Shown in pieces: positions 62,044-64,000 of a DNA stretch of 64,000 nucleotides. Position numbers and translations under genes: made by a program. The stretch is from a virus (Duplodnaviria > Caudoviricetes). Numbering within the stretch: position 1 is the stretch's first letter; each line of letters opens with the position of its first letter. The DNA lies in the IMG/VR virus record IMGVR_UViG_3300021387_000141, positions 1 to 64,000 of that record. One strand, given 5' to 3'. The notes under the pieces were generated by a model. The model made no database searches, was not told where the DNA came from, and saw nothing but the letters and a program-made list of their open reading frames with translations.

Positions 62044-62958
62044 ATGCTGGATTTAGTACATACAGATATTTATCCCAATGATGAATTGAAACATTGGGGT
62101 GTTTTAGGAATGAAATGGGGCATCCGGCGTTTTCAAAATCCAGATGGATCATTAACTCCTGAAGGAAGAGAAAGATATGGAGTTAAATCTGCTCATGAAG
62201 CCAGAAAATTATCTTATGCTAAAGAATATTTAGTATTAAAACAAAAGAAAAATAGAACAGAAAAAGAAAATGAACGACTTAAAATCCTTGAAAAAGGAAA
62301 AAAACATTTTGAAAGAAGTATTAATGATGCTGATTATTGGGAAAAAATGAAAGATAATTATAGCTTAGATGAATATGAAGACGCTTCACAGGCTTATCAA
62401 CAATATTTTAATTCTACTAATTATGGTAAAGGCATGAATGAAGCTAAAGCTTTAATGAGCATTCCTACGACTATAATTGGGGCTGCAATAGATGCCGGTG
62501 CTATTTATGCACAATTTAATCTCGGTTCGCCGGTCGCTTTTTATGGTATTCCAACTGCTTTAGGACTTGGAATAGGTGCTAATATTGGTGAATCAAAATA
62601 TGAAGAAAAGCATTTAGAAGAATTAAAGAAAGAATTAAATAGCAATAATACTAAAAATAAAAATTATGAGTTTGAAAAGCATATTGTTAAAAATCCTAAA
62701 AAAGAATTAAATGACTATCACAATAGGCTTGAAAAACGGAGAAAAAATTCAAATTCATCTTATTATCGTGATGCAACAGCTGTTAATTCAGCTGCTAAAA
62801 AGGCAATTGAAATAATAAATGAAGATAAAGCGTATTCAATGGTATTTTCAAACCCTAATTATTATTTAAATAACGGCCAATGGACATTTGAAGGTAAAAC
62901 ATATGGATCTGTAGATGGCCTTGTGAACGCTTTAATAAAAAGTGATGTTATAAAATAA
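62044..62958 (+). CDS. ELxH-tagged (DUF7211-like) protein 3 (start at ATG 62044)
   Basis: RBS aaggagg; DELKHWGVLGMKWGIRRFQNPDGSLTPEGRERY; internal hydrophobic Gly/Ala segment. Confidence 0.75.
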   Translation: MLDLVHTDIYPNDELKHWGVLGMKWGIRRFQNPDGSLTPEGRERYGVKSAHEARKLSYAKEYLVLKQKKNRTEKENERLKILEKGKKHFERSINDADYWEKMKDNYSLDEYEDASQAYQQYFNSTNYGKGMNEAKALMSIPTTIIGAAIDAGAIYAQFNLGSPVAFYGIPTALGLGIGANIGESKYEEKHLEELKKELNSNNTKNKNYEFEKHIVKNPKKELNDYHNRLEKRRKNSNSSYYRDATAVNSAAKKAIEIINEDKAYSMVFSNPNYYLNNGQWTFEGKTYGSVDGLVNALIKSDVIK

Positions 62959-62974
62959 ATCGGAGGAAATTCAT

Positions 62975-63799
62975 ATGTATAGTAATTATATGTATAGTAA
63001 TGCACCTGCATCCAGCCGCAGAGGTGGTGGATCCTGGGTTTATGTAAATGGAGAACTTTATCATTTTGGTATTAAAGGTATGAAATGGGGTGAACATCTT
63101 CCATTTACTGATTATTGGAAAGTTGGCAAGAATGCTTATGGCAATTATATGAAAAAAAACACAACAGTAGGATTTAATAAAGATGCTAACGGTGTAATGA
63201 CAACTTATAATAAAAAGCCTAGCAAGCTTAAAGCTTTTGGATATGCAGTCAATGCAGCTGGTACTTATGCTCGCAATCGAGCTCGTAATGATATTCGTCG
63301 TGCTAAAGACGCCGCTATAAATAAACGTAATGCTATTAACCAGAACATTCGATATAAAACCACAGACCGATATTATAGTAATTTAAATAATTTTTCAGAG
63401 GGCATGAAAAATATGCCGACGTCACATTTGGAAGAACGAATGGGGAAATTGCTAAATAGAGGCAATGATTATATTGAAGCTCTCAAACAGAATCCAAATA
63501 GCGGCATTGCAGTATTGAATTTGGCTATTAAAAATGCACAATTTAATGTACTGAATGGCATTAATAGTTTTCTTAAAAAAACAGGACTTGATAAAAAAGT
63601 AGATAAATTCTTAAGCAAATTCTTGGGTGAATCCAATGCTGTTAAAAGTGCTCGCTTAGCTGAAAAATCTGCTAATTTACCAAAGATTGGACCTACCAAC
63701 ACTCGGGGCTATGATCGTGCCGAAGCTGCTTCGCCAAGTTATACATTTGACACAAGAGTTAAACGAGCTGCTAAAAAACCTAAAGGTGTTTTAGTATAA
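62975..63799 (+). CDS. ELxH-tagged (DUF7211-like) protein 4, very basic
   Basis: GELYHFGIKGMKWG; Lys/Arg/Asn-rich body. Confidence 0.75.
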   Translation: MYSNYMYSNAPASSRRGGGSWVYVNGELYHFGIKGMKWGEHLPFTDYWKVGKNAYGNYMKKNTTVGFNKDANGVMTTYNKKPSKLKAFGYAVNAAGTYARNRARNDIRRAKDAAINKRNAINQNIRYKTTDRYYSNLNNFSEGMKNMPTSHLEERMGKLLNRGNDYIEALKQNPNSGIAVLNLAIKNAQFNVLNGINSFLKKTGLDKKVDKFLSKFLGESNAVKSARLAEKSANLPKIGPTNTRGYDRAEAASPSYTFDTRVKRAAKKPKGVLV

Positions 63800-63822
63800 A
63801 AGATTAGGAAGAATAATTCAAA

Positions 63823-64000
63823 ATGGAGCTAACATTCACAGCCAGGCTGAAACAGGCCTGGAATGCTTTTTTAAATAACAAGGATCCGACAATACCGGAG
63901 TACCGCGATATTGGAACATCATATGCAATTCGTCCAGATCGGCCCCGGCTGACTCCGGGGAATGAGCGCTCCATTATTACTTCGGTATTTAATCGGATTG
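63823..64000 (+). CDS. Portal protein, N-terminal fragment (runs off the window)
   Basis: MELTFTARLKQAWNAF...RPDRPRL..GNERSIITSVFNRI; position after the terminase. Confidence 0.7.
   Translation, partial: MELTFTARLKQAWNAFLNNKDPTIPEYRDIGTSYAIRPDRPRLTPGNERSIITSVFNRI

Noticed and set aside
1-64000. Alternative genetic code or introns/inteins in core genes
   Set aside because: Terminase, polymerase, NrdD and RNAP read as continuous ORFs of plausible size in the standard code; no intein or homing-endonuclease insertions were seen.

Overview
The whole window is phage DNA: about 64 kb, most of the genome of a large temperate siphovirus. Gene order (Sipho_Gp37-type tail protein, helicase-primase-polymerase fusion, large HTH-flanked protein, HNH, terminase, portal) resembles the ReqiPepy6-like group. 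An anaerobic host, probably Bacillota, is inferred from the class III-only RNR and AGGAG-type RBSs. Layout: distal tail/receptor-binding genes (1-9061), attP-like region and tyrosine integrase (9077-10541, minus strand), an early accessory region built from promoter-hairpin-RBS-ORF-terminator cassettes (10.9-22 kb), replication and nucleotide metabolism genes (22-39.5 kb), a second cassette region (39.5-51.9 kb), an iteron-like origin (about 52 kb), nucleases plus a 939-aa protein with a two-barrel RNA polymerase signature (53-56.7 kb), a probable genome-end region, and packaging/head genes up to a truncated portal (57-64 kb). The most notable system is an apparent self-contained transcription circuit: a single-subunit DFDGD-type RNA polymerase carrying an N-terminal tag shared with four head-module proteins, 24 fixed-spacing copies of a non-sigma70 promoter-like motif, and two 27-28 bp G.U-containing stem-loop RNAs whose loops are complementary to the phage's own ribosome-binding/start regions. 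Also present: a Csx16-like candidate anti-type III CRISPR ring nuclease, a Y-RNA/tRNA-like RNA, a double-pseudoknot RNA, a promoter-driven two-codon minigene, several RNAP alpha-CTD-like proteins and a 27-bp inverted repeat upstream of the integrase. All family assignments are from motif recognition by eye; no database searches were run.
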